Source of the DNA: Hafnia alvei
GTDB lineage: Bacteria; Pseudomonadota; Gammaproteobacteria; Enterobacterales; Enterobacteriaceae
Direction: 5' to 3'
Length of the DNA: 24,000 nt
Assembly: GCF_034424155.1 (NCBI RefSeq)
Contig: NZ_CP139992.1
Location: 674,012-698,011 of the forward strand
Shown here: positions 1 to 9,311 of the stretch, one piece after another
Position numbering within the stretch: position 1 is the first letter of the stretch
Layout: each line of letters opens with the position of its first letter
Made by a program: the position numbers and the translations under genes
The notes under the pieces: model-generated
What the model saw: only the letters and a program-made list of their open reading frames with translations
Told to the model about the DNA's origin: nothing
Database searches by the model: none

Positions 1-220
1 TGCTGCGTGTACGAGTAGATATCACGGTACGAATGGCATTAAGTTCGGCGGCAGCGGCGGCTGAATGCGCGCCCATCAGGAAAAAATGCAGACCAATAAT
101 GGCTGAATAAATAGAGAGTTGGTATTTGAAGCGCAGCTCATTGCGATTGAAAAAAGTGGTGATACCCACCAGAAAAGCAAAAAACCCTACGCCCTGCGCA
201 AACCACTCGTAGCTGTGCAT
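1..220 (-). CDS. ygjV: Inner-membrane protein, YgjV family; N-terminal part only, the gene runs off the left edge
   Basis: The reverse strand from the ATG (complement of 218-220) reads MHSYEWFAQGVGFFAFLVGITTFFNRNELRFKYQLSIYSAIIGLHFF. This closely parallels my recollection of the E. coli YgjV N-terminus (..AQGVGVIAFLIGITTFFNRDERRFK..). A GGAG Shine-Dalgarno lies 6 nt upstream. The position next to uxaA matches E. coli. Confidence 0.7.
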   Translation of the reverse strand, partial: MHSYEWFAQGVGFFAFLVGITTFFNRNELRFKYQLSIYSAIIGLHFFLMGAHSAAAAAELNAIRTVISTRTRS

Positions 221-262
221 CTCTAACTCCCTTTAATTCCTTCTTCATGCCGCTTCAGATAG

Positions 263-292
263 AAAAACGGCGCTCACACGAACGCCGTTTTT
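263..292 (-). terminator. Intrinsic terminator downstream of uxaA (usable in both directions)
   Basis: The stem AACGGCG/CGCCGTT has a 9-nt loop. It is flanked by an A-run on one side and a T-run on the other (aaaaacggcg ctcacacga acgccgttttt). Confidence 0.75.
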
Positions 293-313
293 GCGAGTGA
301 CGTGACTATGGCT

Positions 314-1813
314 TTACAGCGTTACACCGCTCTTAAAAATGGCCAGCTCACGGAAGTCATTAATTTCGTTACGCGTCTGATGACCATTGGCAATATTGAC
401 GATCATATCGATGAATGAAGCCAATAGCTGATCCATGGTTTTACCGTGCAACAACTGACCCGCATCGAAGTCGATCCAGTGCGGTTTTTTGGTGGCGATT
501 TCGGTATTGGTCGCCAGTTTCACGGTTGGAACGAAGCCGCCGTATGGCGTACCGCGACCGGTACTAAACAGCACCATATGGCATCCGGCTCCGGCCAGCG
601 CGCTGGTGGCAACCGCATCGTTGCCCGGTGCACTTAGCAGATTCAGCCCCGGCGTTTTTAACCTTTCGCCATAGCGCAGCACGTCGATAACCTGACTCTG
701 TCCTGCTTTTTGTGTACAGCCTAAGGATTTCTCTTCCAGCGTGGTGATACCGCCTGCTTTGTTGCCCGGAGACGGGTTTTCATAAATAGGCTGGTTGTGT
801 TCGATGAAGTATTGTTTGAAGTTATTAACCATGTCGACGGTCTTTTCGAACGTTGATTCATCGCGGCAACGGCTCATCAGAATACGCTCAGCGCCAAACA
901 TTTCAGGCACTTCGGTGAGAACGCTGGTGCCGCCGTTGGCGATCACATAATCGGAGAAACGGCCCAGCAGCGGATTAGCGGTAATGCCGGATAAGCCATC
1001 AGACCCCCCGCACTCTAAGCCAAATTTCAACTCGCTGAGTTTGCCCGCTTCACGGCGATCGTTGCGCATCACTTGATAAAGCTGATGCAGATGTTCGATG
1101 CCGGCTTCAACTTCGTCATCCTGTTGCTGACATACCATGAAATGCACGCGGCTGGCATCGTATTCACCCAGCGTGTCACGGAAAGCCGCAATTTGGTTAT
1201 TCTCACAGCCCAACCCAACCACCAGGACAGCTCCGGCGTTAGGGTGGCGCACCATGTTTTGTAGCATGGTGCGGGTATTGATGTGGTCGTCGCCCAACTG
1301 TGAGCAACCAAATGGATGAGTAAACAAATAAGCGCCGTCGATGCCTTCTGCATCGCCGGTTTCCTTCAAAAAACGGGTTAACATCTGACGAGCCATCCCG
1401 TTAACGCAGCCAACGGTAGGCAAGACCCAAAGTTCATTGCGGATCCCTACATCGCCGTTTTGACGGCGGTAGATCTGTACGTCACGATCGACCATCTGCG
1501 CGGGAAGATCGGCAAAATCTGGCTGGTATTGGTACTGATCCAGATCGTTGAGGTTGGTTTTCGCATTTTGCGAATGAATATGTTCACCCGCGGCAATCGC
1601 CGTTAAGGCATGGCCGATGGGCAAGCCATATTTCACAATCATCTCACCCGATGCTAACGGCGTGAGGGCAAATTTGTGCCCACGAGCAATGTCGCTCAGC
1701 AGATGGATGGGCTGTGATTCCACGCTAAGGGTTTCACCCGCGTTGAGATCGCGTAGGGCAACGGCGACATTATCCAGTGGATGAATTTTAATAACGCTTG
1801 GCATATTTTGCAT
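314..1813 (-). CDS. uxaA: Altronate dehydratase
   Basis: The 499-aa ORF is near-collinear with my recollection of E. coli UxaA. Shared segments include KIHxLDNVAVAL, the GLECGGSDGLSGITANP motif, and the identical C-terminus RELAIFKSGVTL. Confidence 0.95.
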   Translation of the reverse strand: MQNMPSVIKIHPLDNVAVALRDLNAGETLSVESQPIHLLSDIARGHKFALTPLASGEMIVKYGLPIGHALTAIAAGEHIHSQNAKTNLNDLDQYQYQPDFADLPAQMVDRDVQIYRRQNGDVGIRNELWVLPTVGCVNGMARQMLTRFLKETGDAEGIDGAYLFTHPFGCSQLGDDHINTRTMLQNMVRHPNAGAVLVVGLGCENNQIAAFRDTLGEYDASRVHFMVCQQQDDEVEAGIEHLHQLYQVMRNDRREAGKLSELKFGLECGGSDGLSGITANPLLGRFSDYVIANGGTSVLTEVPEMFGAERILMSRCRDESTFEKTVDMVNNFKQYFIEHNQPIYENPSPGNKAGGITTLEEKSLGCTQKAGQSQVIDVLRYGERLKTPGLNLLSAPGNDAVATSALAGAGCHMVLFSTGRGTPYGGFVPTVKLATNTEIATKKPHWIDFDAGQLLHGKTMDQLLASFIDMIVNIANGHQTRNEINDFRELAIFKSGVTL

Positions 1814-1826
1814 AATTCAATTCAGC

Positions 1827-3302
1827 TCAGGCAGTAACGGATAATGATGAAACGGCAGAACGCATACCGTGCTGTTCAATTTGCTGTAAGTATCCGGTGA
1901 TGGTTTGGGTCATTTCAGGGATCTGGTTAAGATCTTGTCCCCAGTGGTCGGCCTCGCTCAGGATTTTTTGCACGAAGCTTTCCAGACTTTCACCGCCTGC
2001 TTTTACTGCGCTCCAGCCAGAGTGATAACGCTCGAGCCAATGCGCATCATCTTGCAATGGATAGGTTTCGCCATCGCGCTCGCCACGGTAGAACGCGATC
2101 AACGCGGCAAGTGCAAAGCATAAACGCTGGGGCAGTGTGCCCGTTTGCTGCTGGTAAGCCAGCACCTGAGGCAGAATACGGGTGCGGTATTTCGTCATAC
2201 CGTTTAACGCAATGGATAACAACTGATGCTGAATGAACGGGTTACGGAAACGGCTTAGCACTGCGTCAGCAAATGATTTCAGTTCATTGGCAGGCAGATC
2301 GAGCACCGGTACGATCTCTTGGCTAATCGCTTTCTCGACGAACTCGGTTATCTGAGCGTCGTTCATGCTTTCGCCCACGGTGTTAAGTCCGGCTAAGAAT
2401 GCCACTGGAACCAATGCGGTGTGAGCGCCGTTCAGGATTGCTACTTTGCGCTCTTTATAGGGCTTGATGTCATCCACGATGCGAATGTTTAGCGGTTTAT
2501 GATCCTTGGCAAAGGCATCTAAACGAAGCTCTTGAGCCAGCGACTGTGGGCCTTGGATGACAAACAGATAAAAGTGCTCTGCGGTATCTAAAAATGCGTC
2601 TTGATAGCCCAGCTCTTTCGTCAATGCTTCGACTTCGTCGCGCGGATATCCGGTCACGATGCGGTCTACCAACGTTGAGCAGAACGTGTTGCTTTGCTCT
2701 AACCACTGAATGAATGCTGACGGTAAATCCCACTGCTGAGCGTAGCGCAACACCAGTTCGCGCAGCGCTTCACCGTTGTAGTCGATTAACTCGCATGGCA
2801 GCAATACCCAACCTTTATCGGCTGCGCCGTCGAAATGGCAAAAACGCTCGTACAGTAAGCGTGTCAGCTTGGCTGGGAAGCTGGCTGGTGGGGTATCGGT
2901 CAGCTTATCTTCGGCGACATAGCTGATGCCTGCTTCGGTGGTGTTCGAAAACACAAAGCGGATGTTGGCATCATGCGCCAGTGCCAAATAAGCATCAAAG
3001 TCCTGATACATATTGATTTCGCGGTTCACGCTGCGAATAATGCGAGACTCACGAACGGCTTCGCCTTGTTCGTTTAAACCACGAATAATGGTGGTAAACA
3101 AACCGTCCTGTGTGCTGAGTGACGGCGGGAAATCGCTGTTTAGTGGGCGAACAACCACCACGCCCGCATTCAAATCGGTATGCTCATTCAGCAGATCCAA
3201 CTGCCAGTCTACAAACGCACGTAGGAAATTGCCTTCACCAAACTGAATCACTTTGTCTGGGTGCTGGCGGCCGGGAAAATCACGACGATTAAGAGTTTGC
3301 AT
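1827..3302 (-). CDS. uxaB: Tagaturonate reductase (altronate oxidoreductase)
   Basis: The 491-aa ORF starts [27 protein letters not shown] and contains [15 protein letters not shown], matching my recollection of E. coli UxaB. Its stop lies 13 nt upstream of the uxaA start. Confidence 0.95.
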   Translation of the reverse strand: MQTLNRRDFPGRQHPDKVIQFGEGNFLRAFVDWQLDLLNEHTDLNAGVVVVRPLNSDFPPSLSTQDGLFTTIIRGLNEQGEAVRESRIIRSVNREINMYQDFDAYLALAHDANIRFVFSNTTEAGISYVAEDKLTDTPPASFPAKLTRLLYERFCHFDGAADKGWVLLPCELIDYNGEALRELVLRYAQQWDLPSAFIQWLEQSNTFCSTLVDRIVTGYPRDEVEALTKELGYQDAFLDTAEHFYLFVIQGPQSLAQELRLDAFAKDHKPLNIRIVDDIKPYKERKVAILNGAHTALVPVAFLAGLNTVGESMNDAQITEFVEKAISQEIVPVLDLPANELKSFADAVLSRFRNPFIQHQLLSIALNGMTKYRTRILPQVLAYQQQTGTLPQRLCFALAALIAFYRGERDGETYPLQDDAHWLERYHSGWSAVKAGGESLESFVQKILSEADHWGQDLNQIPEMTQTITGYLQQIEQHGMRSAVSSLSVTA

Positions 3303-3367
3303 TCTGGATCTACCTCAGAGGGGCCGCGATTTGGCGGCCTTCAACATATAAAAGGAACAAGCGTTGG

Positions 3368-3498
3368 GTGTTATACCCTTCATACTTCAAGTTGCATGTG
3401 CGTTGGCTTTCCTCGCTCACCCTAGTCACTTACTCAAGTAAGCTCCTAGGGATTCACTGCGTTGCCGCCTTCCTGCAACTCGAATTATTGTGGGTATA
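3368..3498. repeat. ERIC (enterobacterial repetitive intergenic consensus / IRU) element, full length
   Basis: The element contains the ERIC hallmark core (cgctcaccctagtcacttactcaagtaagctcctagggattcac) and its flanks (acttcaagttgcatgtgcgttggc, gcgttgccgccttcctgcaac). The terminal inverted repeat is tataccc...gggtata. Confidence 0.8.
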
Positions 3499-3499
3499 G

Positions 3500-3527
3500 A
3501 AAAAAAGGGGCGGCTAAACCGCCCTAG
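3500..3527 (-). terminator. Terminator-like hairpin immediately after the uxaC stop, inside the uxaC-uxaB spacer
   Basis: The minus strand reads tagGGCGGtttagCCGCCccttttttt: a GC stem followed by a run of seven T. It lies 5 nt downstream of the uxaC stop. Confidence 0.55.
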
Positions 3528-3532
3528 GATAA

Positions 3533-4942
3533 TTACAACTCAATCGCAAAATAGTTTTTGGCATTATCGAAGCAGATGTTTTTCACCATATTACCCAGCA
3601 ATTCGATATCTGCCGGTGCTTCACCGTCGGCCACCCAACGTCCAATCATTTGGCACAGAATGCGACGGAAATATTCATGACGGGTGTAAGACAGGAAGCT
3701 GCGGCTATCGGTGAGCATGCCAACAAAGCGGCTCAGCAAACCCAACTGGGCGAGTTGAGTCATCTGGCGTTGCATACCGTCTTTCTGATCGTTGAACCAC
3801 CAGCCAGAACCGAACTGCATTTTCCCCGCCATGCCTTCGCCTTGGAAGTTACCAACCATGGTGCCGATGACTTCGTTATCGCGTGGATTCAGGCAATAGA
3901 TAATGGTTTTGGCTAGGCCACTAGAGCGGCTTTGCGCATCGAGCAAGCGAGAAAGAGCAAAGGCCACCGGCGCGTCATGGATAGAGTCAAAACCGATATC
4001 AGGGCCAACGGTTTCAAACATGCGAGAGTTGTTATTACGCAGTGCGCCAATGTGGTATTGCTGCACCCAACCGCGCTTATGGTATTCGGCACCCAAGAAC
4101 AGCAGTACGGCCGTTTTAAACTGGGCAACTTCTTGCTCAGTTGGCATTTTGCCTTCTAGGCGGCGGGTCAGAATACCGTTCAACGTGGTTTCGTCGGCTT
4201 CGCCGTACATAACCACATCAAGTGCGTGGTCAGACACCTTGCAGCCATGTGCGGCAAAGTGGTCCATCCGGATTTTAAGCGCATCGCAGACATCGCTGAA
4301 CTTACGGATATCAACGTCAGCCGCGGCGCTCAGTTTTTGCATATATTCTGGGAAGATCGCGGCATCAATGTTAAATGCTTTATCTGGACGCCAGCTCGGT
4401 AGCACTTTGACGTCAAAGCTGCTGTCTTCCGCGATGATTTTATGGTGGCTCAGATCGTCAATAGGATCGTCCGTCGTCCCAACCATTTTGACATTCATCT
4501 GCTTCATGATGCCGCGAGCGCTGAATTCTTCGCGCTCTAGCAGCGCATTACAGCGATTCCAAATGTCGTCTGCCGTTGCGCCAGAGAGCAGGGTGCCGGT
4601 AATGCCAAATGGGCGACGCAATTCTAGGTGTGTCCAGTGATAAAGCGGGTTACCAATGGTATGAGGAACGGTTTCAGCCCATGCTTGGAACTTCTCACGA
4701 TCGCTTGCGTCACCGGTGCACAGGCGTTCGGCAACGCCGTTGGTGCGCATCGCACGCCATTTGTAGTGGTCGCCTTTCAACCAGATGTCATACAGGTTTT
4801 TAAACCGATAATCCTGTGCAATTTGCTCAGGAGGGAGATGACAGTGATAGTCAAAAATTGGCTGTTCAGCCGCGTACCCGTGGTACAGGCGGCGCGCAAA
4901 CTCGGTATCAAGCAAGAAATCTTCGGTTAAAAACTGCGACAT
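3533..4942 (-). CDS. uxaC: Uronate (glucuronate/galacturonate) isomerase
   Basis: The 469-aa ORF begins [30 protein letters not shown]. This is the canonical UxaC N-terminus and length. Confidence 0.95.
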   Translation of the reverse strand: MSQFLTEDFLLDTEFARRLYHGYAAEQPIFDYHCHLPPEQIAQDYRFKNLYDIWLKGDHYKWRAMRTNGVAERLCTGDASDREKFQAWAETVPHTIGNPLYHWTHLELRRPFGITGTLLSGATADDIWNRCNALLEREEFSARGIMKQMNVKMVGTTDDPIDDLSHHKIIAEDSSFDVKVLPSWRPDKAFNIDAAIFPEYMQKLSAAADVDIRKFSDVCDALKIRMDHFAAHGCKVSDHALDVVMYGEADETTLNGILTRRLEGKMPTEQEVAQFKTAVLLFLGAEYHKRGWVQQYHIGALRNNNSRMFETVGPDIGFDSIHDAPVAFALSRLLDAQSRSSGLAKTIIYCLNPRDNEVIGTMVGNFQGEGMAGKMQFGSGWWFNDQKDGMQRQMTQLAQLGLLSRFVGMLTDSRSFLSYTRHEYFRRILCQMIGRWVADGEAPADIELLGNMVKNICFDNAKNYFAIEL

Positions 4943-5174
4943 AATCGGGTTCCTCAGGAGCGTAACGCTTCGGTGAGCTATTCTTTTGCGGCTAAAGTTA
5001 TCACACCAATTGTGGCGCTCGTCCAGAACTTTTTCCGCGATTAGCCTAATGAAAGCGACAAAACAGAATAATTACTCAGCACTTTCGCTTATGAAGCCAC
5101 TTTTCTGCGTGGCTAAAGTGTGTGTTTATTATTCCTTAATCCAAAAATGGTTTTTGTGATGGCTCTCAACTTTT

Positions 5175-5192
5175 AAATCTGTATGACAAGTT
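5175..5192. promoter_or_regulatory. ExuR/UxuR-type (GntR family) operator candidate in the uxaC/exuT divergent region
   Basis: The site is AAATCTGTATGACAAGTT. Its reverse complement AACTTGT-CAT-ACAGATTT aligns with the sites upstream of exuR (AAGTGGT-ATA-ACAGATTT). It resembles the near-palindromic TGGT..ACCA type boxes known for ExuR/UxuR. Confidence 0.45.
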
Positions 5193-5239
5193 ATCTTAGC
5201 CACCGCTGCGAAATGAGTATTGCCCTAACCAATCATGAG

Positions 5240-5257
5240 AAGTGGTTTGACCAATAT
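5240..5257. promoter_or_regulatory. Second ExuR/UxuR-type operator candidate
   Basis: The site is AAGTGGT-TTG-ACCAATAT. It shares the AAGTGGT half-site with the exuR-proximal site and has GGT..ACC dyad symmetry. Confidence 0.4.
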
Positions 5258-5315
5258 CTATTTACCAAGCACCAGAAAACCAATTCAAAGTCGGAACAGG
5301 AACGTCCGAACTTTC

Positions 5316-5486
5316 CATCTAGAGCCGTAGTTTTAGAACCACAGCGCAGATGAATAAGGTAGATGCGTACCTCACACGTAACGCTATCACCGTTTCAATA
5401 TGGAGAGTTATTACGCGGCGCAGTCACAAGCGCGGTTCATTGCAGCCTTGCACACATCGCCAAAGGCGTTCCACAAGGCAGAGTTC
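5316..5486 (+). pseudogene. Decayed partial copy of the exuT 5' region (about codons 10-78), just upstream of intact exuT
   Basis: Four or five collinear nucleotide blocks match exuT. 5369-5395 (acctcacacgtaacgctatcaccgttt) matches 5639-5665. 5396-5425 (caatatggagagttattacgcggcgcagtc) matches 5707-5735. 5437-5455 (tcattgcagccttgcacac) matches 5749-5766. 5472-5486 matches 5790-5805. The copy carries frameshifts and internal deletions. The alignment was made by eye. Confidence 0.4.
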
Positions 5487-5571
5487 TAAGCCCAAACAAT
5501 TTCAAGGTGTCGGAAGTCGGCCAATGCTGATGTCGCTTGAAGGTTACGGGATATACTGGGAGAGAGTTTAA

Positions 5572-6867
5572 ATGCGTAAAATTAAAGGCTTACGCTGGTA
5601 CATGATAGCCTTGGTTACCGTGGGGACTGTATTAGGTTACTTAACTCGTAACGCCATTGCCGTTGCTGCGCCGACCTTACAAGACACCATGCATATCACC
5701 ACCCAGCAATACTCTTATATTATTGCTGCGTATTCTGCGTGTTATACCATCATGCAGCCTGTTGCGGGCTACGTGCTTGATGTGCTGGGAACGAAGGTGG
5801 GTTATGCACTGTTTGCCATCCTGTGGGCGGTATTCTGTATGGGGACCGCATTAGCCAGTAGCTGGGGTGGTTTGGCTATCGCACGTGGTGCGGTGGGTAT
5901 GGCTGAAGCCGCGATGATCCCTGCTGGGCTGAAAGCCTCTTCCGAATGGTTCCCGGCGAAAGAGCGTTCTATTGCCGTTGGCTACTTTAACGTAGGTTCA
6001 TCGATTGGTGGGATGATCGCGCCTCCATTAGTGGTATGGGCTATCGTGGCACACAGCTGGGAAATGGCCTTCATTATTACCGGTGCACTCAGCCTGATTT
6101 GGGCAATCTGCTGGTTAATCTTCTACAAACACCCGAAAGACCAGAAAAAACTGTCTGATGAAGAGCGTGATTACATCCTGAATGGTCAGGAAGCACATCA
6201 CCAAACCAACAACGCTAAGCGTATGTCTGCATGGGAAATTCTGCGTAACCGCCAGTTCTGGGGTATTGCCCTGCCACGTTTTCTGGCTGAGCCTGCGTGG
6301 GGGACTTTCAATGCCTGGATCCCTCTATTCATGTTTAAAGCTTACGGCTTCAACCTGAAAGAAATTGCGATGTTTGCTTGGATGCCAATGCTGTTTGCTG
6401 ACGTTGGTTGCGTGCTGGGCGGCTATTTGCCTCCGCTGTTCCAGAAATATTTCAAAGTAAACCTGATTGTTTCGCGTAAGTTAGTTGTCACCATGGGGGC
6501 GGTTCTGATGATTGGCCCAGGCATGATTGGCTTGTTCACCAGCCCTTATGCGGCAATCGCCCTGCTGTGTGTCGGTGGTTTTGCTCACCAGTCTCTGTCT
6601 GGCGCTTTGATCACGCTATCTTCCGACGTCTTTGGGCGTAATGAAGTGGCGACGGCCAACGGCTTGACCGGGATGGCCGCATGGACCGCGAGTACCATGT
6701 TTGCTCTAGTCGTCGGGGCATTGGCAGATACCATTGGCTTTAGCCCGCTGTTCGCAGCATTAGCGGTCTTCGACCTGCTGGGCGCACTAGTCATCTGGAC
6801 GGTGCTGCAAAACCGTACGGCGGAAGAAGTTGAGGCTGCATCGGGTCATCAGAAAGCAACGGTGTAA
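5572..6867 (+). CDS. exuT: Hexuronate:H+ symporter (MFS, ACS family)
   Basis: The 431-aa ORF begins MRKIKGLRWYMIALVT.GTVLGYLTRN and stays almost identical to my recollection of E. coli ExuT throughout. A GGGAGAGAG Shine-Dalgarno lies upstream. Confidence 0.95.
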   Translation: MRKIKGLRWYMIALVTVGTVLGYLTRNAIAVAAPTLQDTMHITTQQYSYIIAAYSACYTIMQPVAGYVLDVLGTKVGYALFAILWAVFCMGTALASSWGGLAIARGAVGMAEAAMIPAGLKASSEWFPAKERSIAVGYFNVGSSIGGMIAPPLVVWAIVAHSWEMAFIITGALSLIWAICWLIFYKHPKDQKKLSDEERDYILNGQEAHHQTNNAKRMSAWEILRNRQFWGIALPRFLAEPAWGTFNAWIPLFMFKAYGFNLKEIAMFAWMPMLFADVGCVLGGYLPPLFQKYFKVNLIVSRKLVVTMGAVLMIGPGMIGLFTSPYAAIALLCVGGFAHQSLSGALITLSSDVFGRNEVATANGLTGMAAWTASTMFALVVGALADTIGFSPLFAALAVFDLLGALVIWTVLQNRTAEEVEAASGHQKATV

Positions 6868-6910
6868 TTTATTTGATGTACTAACGGTTTAGCTTATCGA
6901 CCGTATCCTT

Positions 6911-6940
6911 AAAATCCGCCGTTTATCGGCGGATTTTTTT
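6911..6940 (+). terminator. Intrinsic terminator of exuT
   Basis: The sequence is aaaATCCGCCgtttatcGGCGGATttttttt: a perfect 7-bp GC-rich stem followed by a T-run. Confidence 0.8.
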
Positions 6941-6995
6941 ATCTGCATTTTTCCCTATCACCAGAGCGTTGGGCTCTCTGGTGCCCATATTGGAA

Positions 6996-7031
6996 AAGTG
7001 GTATAACAGATTTAAATCTGCATGTATCACA
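6996..7031. promoter_or_regulatory. Two abutting ExuR-type operator candidates upstream of exuR (autoregulation)
   Basis: AAGTGGTATAACAGATTT abuts AAATCTGCATGTATCACA, and the junction forms the palindrome CAGATTTAAATCTG. The sites lie 38-73 nt upstream of the exuR ATG. E. coli exuR is known to be autoregulated. Confidence 0.5.
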
Positions 7032-7068
7032 GCCTTTGCCCACTCTTAACCTTAATAGAGCACCATAA

Positions 7069-7842
7069 ATGGAATTCACAGAACCCAGAAGACTGTACCA
7101 ACAGTTAGCCGCAGAGCTGAAACAGCGCGTCGAATCAGGCGTTTACCCTGTGGGTGAGAAACTGCCAGCCGAGCGTTATATCGCCGAAGAGATGAACGTG
7201 AGCCGCACCGTGGTTCGCGAGGCTATCATCATGCTGGAGGTTGAGGGCTATGTTGAGGTGCGTAAAGGTTCGGGCATCCATGTCATCAGCAATCAGCCAA
7301 AAACGCTGGTTCAGCCTAATCGCAATATTCAGTTTGCGAGCGCAGGGCCGTTTGAACTGCTGCAAGCACGCCAGCTGATTGAAAGTAATATTGCCGAGTT
7401 TGCGGCAACTCAGGTCACCAAGCAGGATATTGTGGCGCTGATGGAAATTCAGGAACATGCGCGTCAGGAAGATCGTTTCCGTGATTCTGAATGGGATTTG
7501 AAATTTCACGTACAGGTCGCTTTGGCCACGCAAAACTCAGCCATGGCTACGATTGTGGAGCAGATGTGGAGCCAGCGTATTCATAATCCATATTGGCTAA
7601 AACTCCATGAACATATCGACGATGTGTCGATCGAAAGCTGGTGTGAAGACCACGACAAGATCCTCAAAGCGTTGATGCGTAAAGATCCCTACGGCGCGAA
7701 AGTGGCGATGTGGCAACATTTGGAAAATACGAAGCAAATGCTTTTCCAAGCGACCACCGATGACTTCGAGTTTAACGTCGATCGCTATCTGTTTGCCGAA
7801 AACCCCGTGGTGCATTTGGACGGCGTAACCAACGTCAAATAA
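7069..7842 (+). CDS. exuR: Hexuronate regulon transcriptional repressor, GntR/FadR family
   Basis: The 257-aa ORF begins [18 protein letters not shown]. It also contains [29 protein letters not shown] and [13 protein letters not shown], matching my recollection of E. coli ExuR. Confidence 0.95.
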   Translation: MEFTEPRRLYQQLAAELKQRVESGVYPVGEKLPAERYIAEEMNVSRTVVREAIIMLEVEGYVEVRKGSGIHVISNQPKTLVQPNRNIQFASAGPFELLQARQLIESNIAEFAATQVTKQDIVALMEIQEHARQEDRFRDSEWDLKFHVQVALATQNSAMATIVEQMWSQRIHNPYWLKLHEHIDDVSIESWCEDHDKILKALMRKDPYGAKVAMWQHLENTKQMLFQATTDDFEFNVDRYLFAENPVVHLDGVTNVK

Positions 7843-7898
7843 TTTCACCTAAATGATTGTGCGTTGTAAAGAATCGTTGGCTTAATCTATAATTCAAT

Positions 7899-7986
7899 CG
7901 GTGATGGTGCTCCACCGTTGGTTGCTCAATTCTCGGCAACTAAAAACCGCCAAAAGAGTTTTCTCTTTTCGCTGATGACGCCTGGC
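7899..7986 (+). promoter_or_regulatory. Candidate fluoride riboswitch (crcB motif) in the crcB leader
   Basis: CGGUGAUGGUGCUCCACCG (7899-7917) matches the 5' hallmark GGCGAUGGUGUUCGCC, with P1 as CGGUG/CACCG. Hairpins follow (GUUGC..GCAAC and AAAAGAG..CUCUUUU). CUGAUGACGCCU (7972-7983) then matches the conserved 3' CUGAUGAnnCCU segment. CGCC can pseudoknot with GGUG in the P1 loop. The J-region does not match the consensus AUAAAC. Confidence 0.5.
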
Positions 7987-8128
7987 AGAAGTTTGAGTTT
8001 TATTTCTCTGTTTATTCAGAGCGATAGCGCTTGGCTGCCGGGCTGAAATCCTCTCCCTGTGGTTAATCAAATCGCCTCTGCTGACAGTCTTCATCTATAA
8101 CATGCTTGTTATTATCAAGGAGCACGCC

Positions 8129-8524
8129 ATGAGCTATGGCTTAACATTACTGATTGTTGCCTTTGGTGGCGCAGTGGGAGCTATTACCCGTTTTCAAATC
8201 ACCAACTGGTTCAACGGTTGGTTTGGGAATTCATTCCCTTACGCCACGCTGACGGTGAACGTTGTGGGGTGCTTTATCATGGGGTTATTGGTTGCGGCGC
8301 TAAATACTGGCACGCTAATTTCTCCTCATTGGCGTCCACTGATTGCGGTTGGTTTTCTGGGGGCGTTAACCACTTTTTCTACGTTCTCGTTTGATACCTT
8401 GGCGCTGTTTACTCAAGGATTCTGGCTGCGGGCAGCCATGAACGTTATTTTGAATCTGGTGCTGTGCATGATTGCGGTTGCTGCAGGCTATGCGCTGCTG
8501 AGCCGTGGCTCTATGCCGGGTTAA
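8129..8524 (+). CDS. crcB: Fluoride ion channel CrcB/FluC
   Basis: This is a 131-aa, four-TM protein with the family signatures GGxxGAxxRF and GFLGALTTFSTFS. I chose the ATG at 8129, which follows an AAGGAG Shine-Dalgarno, over the ORF-track start at 8102. Confidence 0.9.
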   Translation: MSYGLTLLIVAFGGAVGAITRFQITNWFNGWFGNSFPYATLTVNVVGCFIMGLLVAALNTGTLISPHWRPLIAVGFLGALTTFSTFSFDTLALFTQGFWLRAAMNVILNLVLCMIAVAAGYALLSRGSMPG

Positions 8525-8771
8525 TCAGTATCAGTCTGTCTAGCCGTGTTTATTGAGAACGTAGATTTATTGAGAACAAATAGGTAAACACGGCATAGTT
8601 CATTGATCATACTAATACCTACTTTTTTCCCTTCTGGTTTTCTTTTCTTGAACCTCGCGGAAACCAGAGGCAAATAAGCACCTATATCGCTCAATTCGTC
8701 GCGATAAATGCGTATTTTCTGCTGTTTCCTAGACGGTGATTTTGCTACAGTTAGCCGACTTTTTTCTGCAT

Positions 8772-9311
8772 ATGTCTGGAAGCAACAAAATATTGAAGCG
8801 TCTTTCGTCTGCCACCGTTATGTTACTGTTGTTATGCTGGGTCAGTGTGGCCTCTGGCAAGCAAACGGCTTGGCATTCGCACAATGCGAATCACTATGCT
8901 ATTCCAGCCTACGTTGTTAAAGCAGATAGCGATTTAGGCGAAATATTCACAGATAGTTTGTCCATGTCGGTCATGCAACCGTCAGATGAACCAGCGCAAT
9001 ATCTTTCTCGTAAATCGAATGCGCGGAAGCTGGCGGCGCTACTGCGCCTCCATATGCAAACAGGTTCAGAACAAGGGCGAATGCTGCCTAAGTTACCGGA
9101 TGCTCCTCTACCGCTGCGCGCGGAAATTCCCTATTTTGAAGCTTCTCGACAATATAGCGGCGAGAGCGTTTCTCTTGCTCTATTACGAACATTACAGCTT
9201 CCCCCGCATCAAAATCGGCTGGGTGGCTGGAAAGAGAGTAATATTCTATACAGAGGCAAGCTGACGTATGACCAACCGGATGCCAAGCGCACGTTGGTTA
9301 ACTTTAGCTAG
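8772..9311 (+). CDS. Hypothetical secreted protein (orphan; Sec-type signal peptide)
   Basis: From M13 of the 191-aa ORF the sequence is MSGSNKILKRLSSATVMLLLLCWVSVASG-KQ: a basic n-region, a hydrophobic core and an A-x-G/A cleavage context. I recognise no homologue. The Shine-Dalgarno is weak and the local sequence is more AT-rich than its neighbours. Both the start codon and the coding status are uncertain. Confidence 0.5.
   Translation: MSGSNKILKRLSSATVMLLLLCWVSVASGKQTAWHSHNANHYAIPAYVVKADSDLGEIFTDSLSMSVMQPSDEPAQYLSRKSNARKLAALLRLHMQTGSEQGRMLPKLPDAPLPLRAEIPYFEASRQYSGESVSLALLRTLQLPPHQNRLGGWKESNILYRGKLTYDQPDAKRTLVNFS

Noticed and set aside
3903-4640. 245-aa plus-strand ORF inside uxaC, with several smaller ORFs nearby
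   Set aside because: It lies entirely antisense to the strongly supported uxaC CDS. The sequence is low-complexity and Ser/Arg-rich, typical of a shadow frame, and I see no SD or homology.
5350-5571. 73-codon ORF ending 1 nt before the exuT ATG, considered as a possible leader peptide or coupled upstream gene
   Set aside because: Its only protein-like segment (AYLTRNAITV) is explained by the decayed exuT 5' copy. The rest is Arg/Ser/Gln-rich nonsense, and there is no SD.
7894-8094. 66-codon minus-strand ORF between exuR and crcB
   Set aside because: It overlaps the candidate riboswitch leader on the opposite strand. Its composition is basic and low-complexity, and it has no SD.
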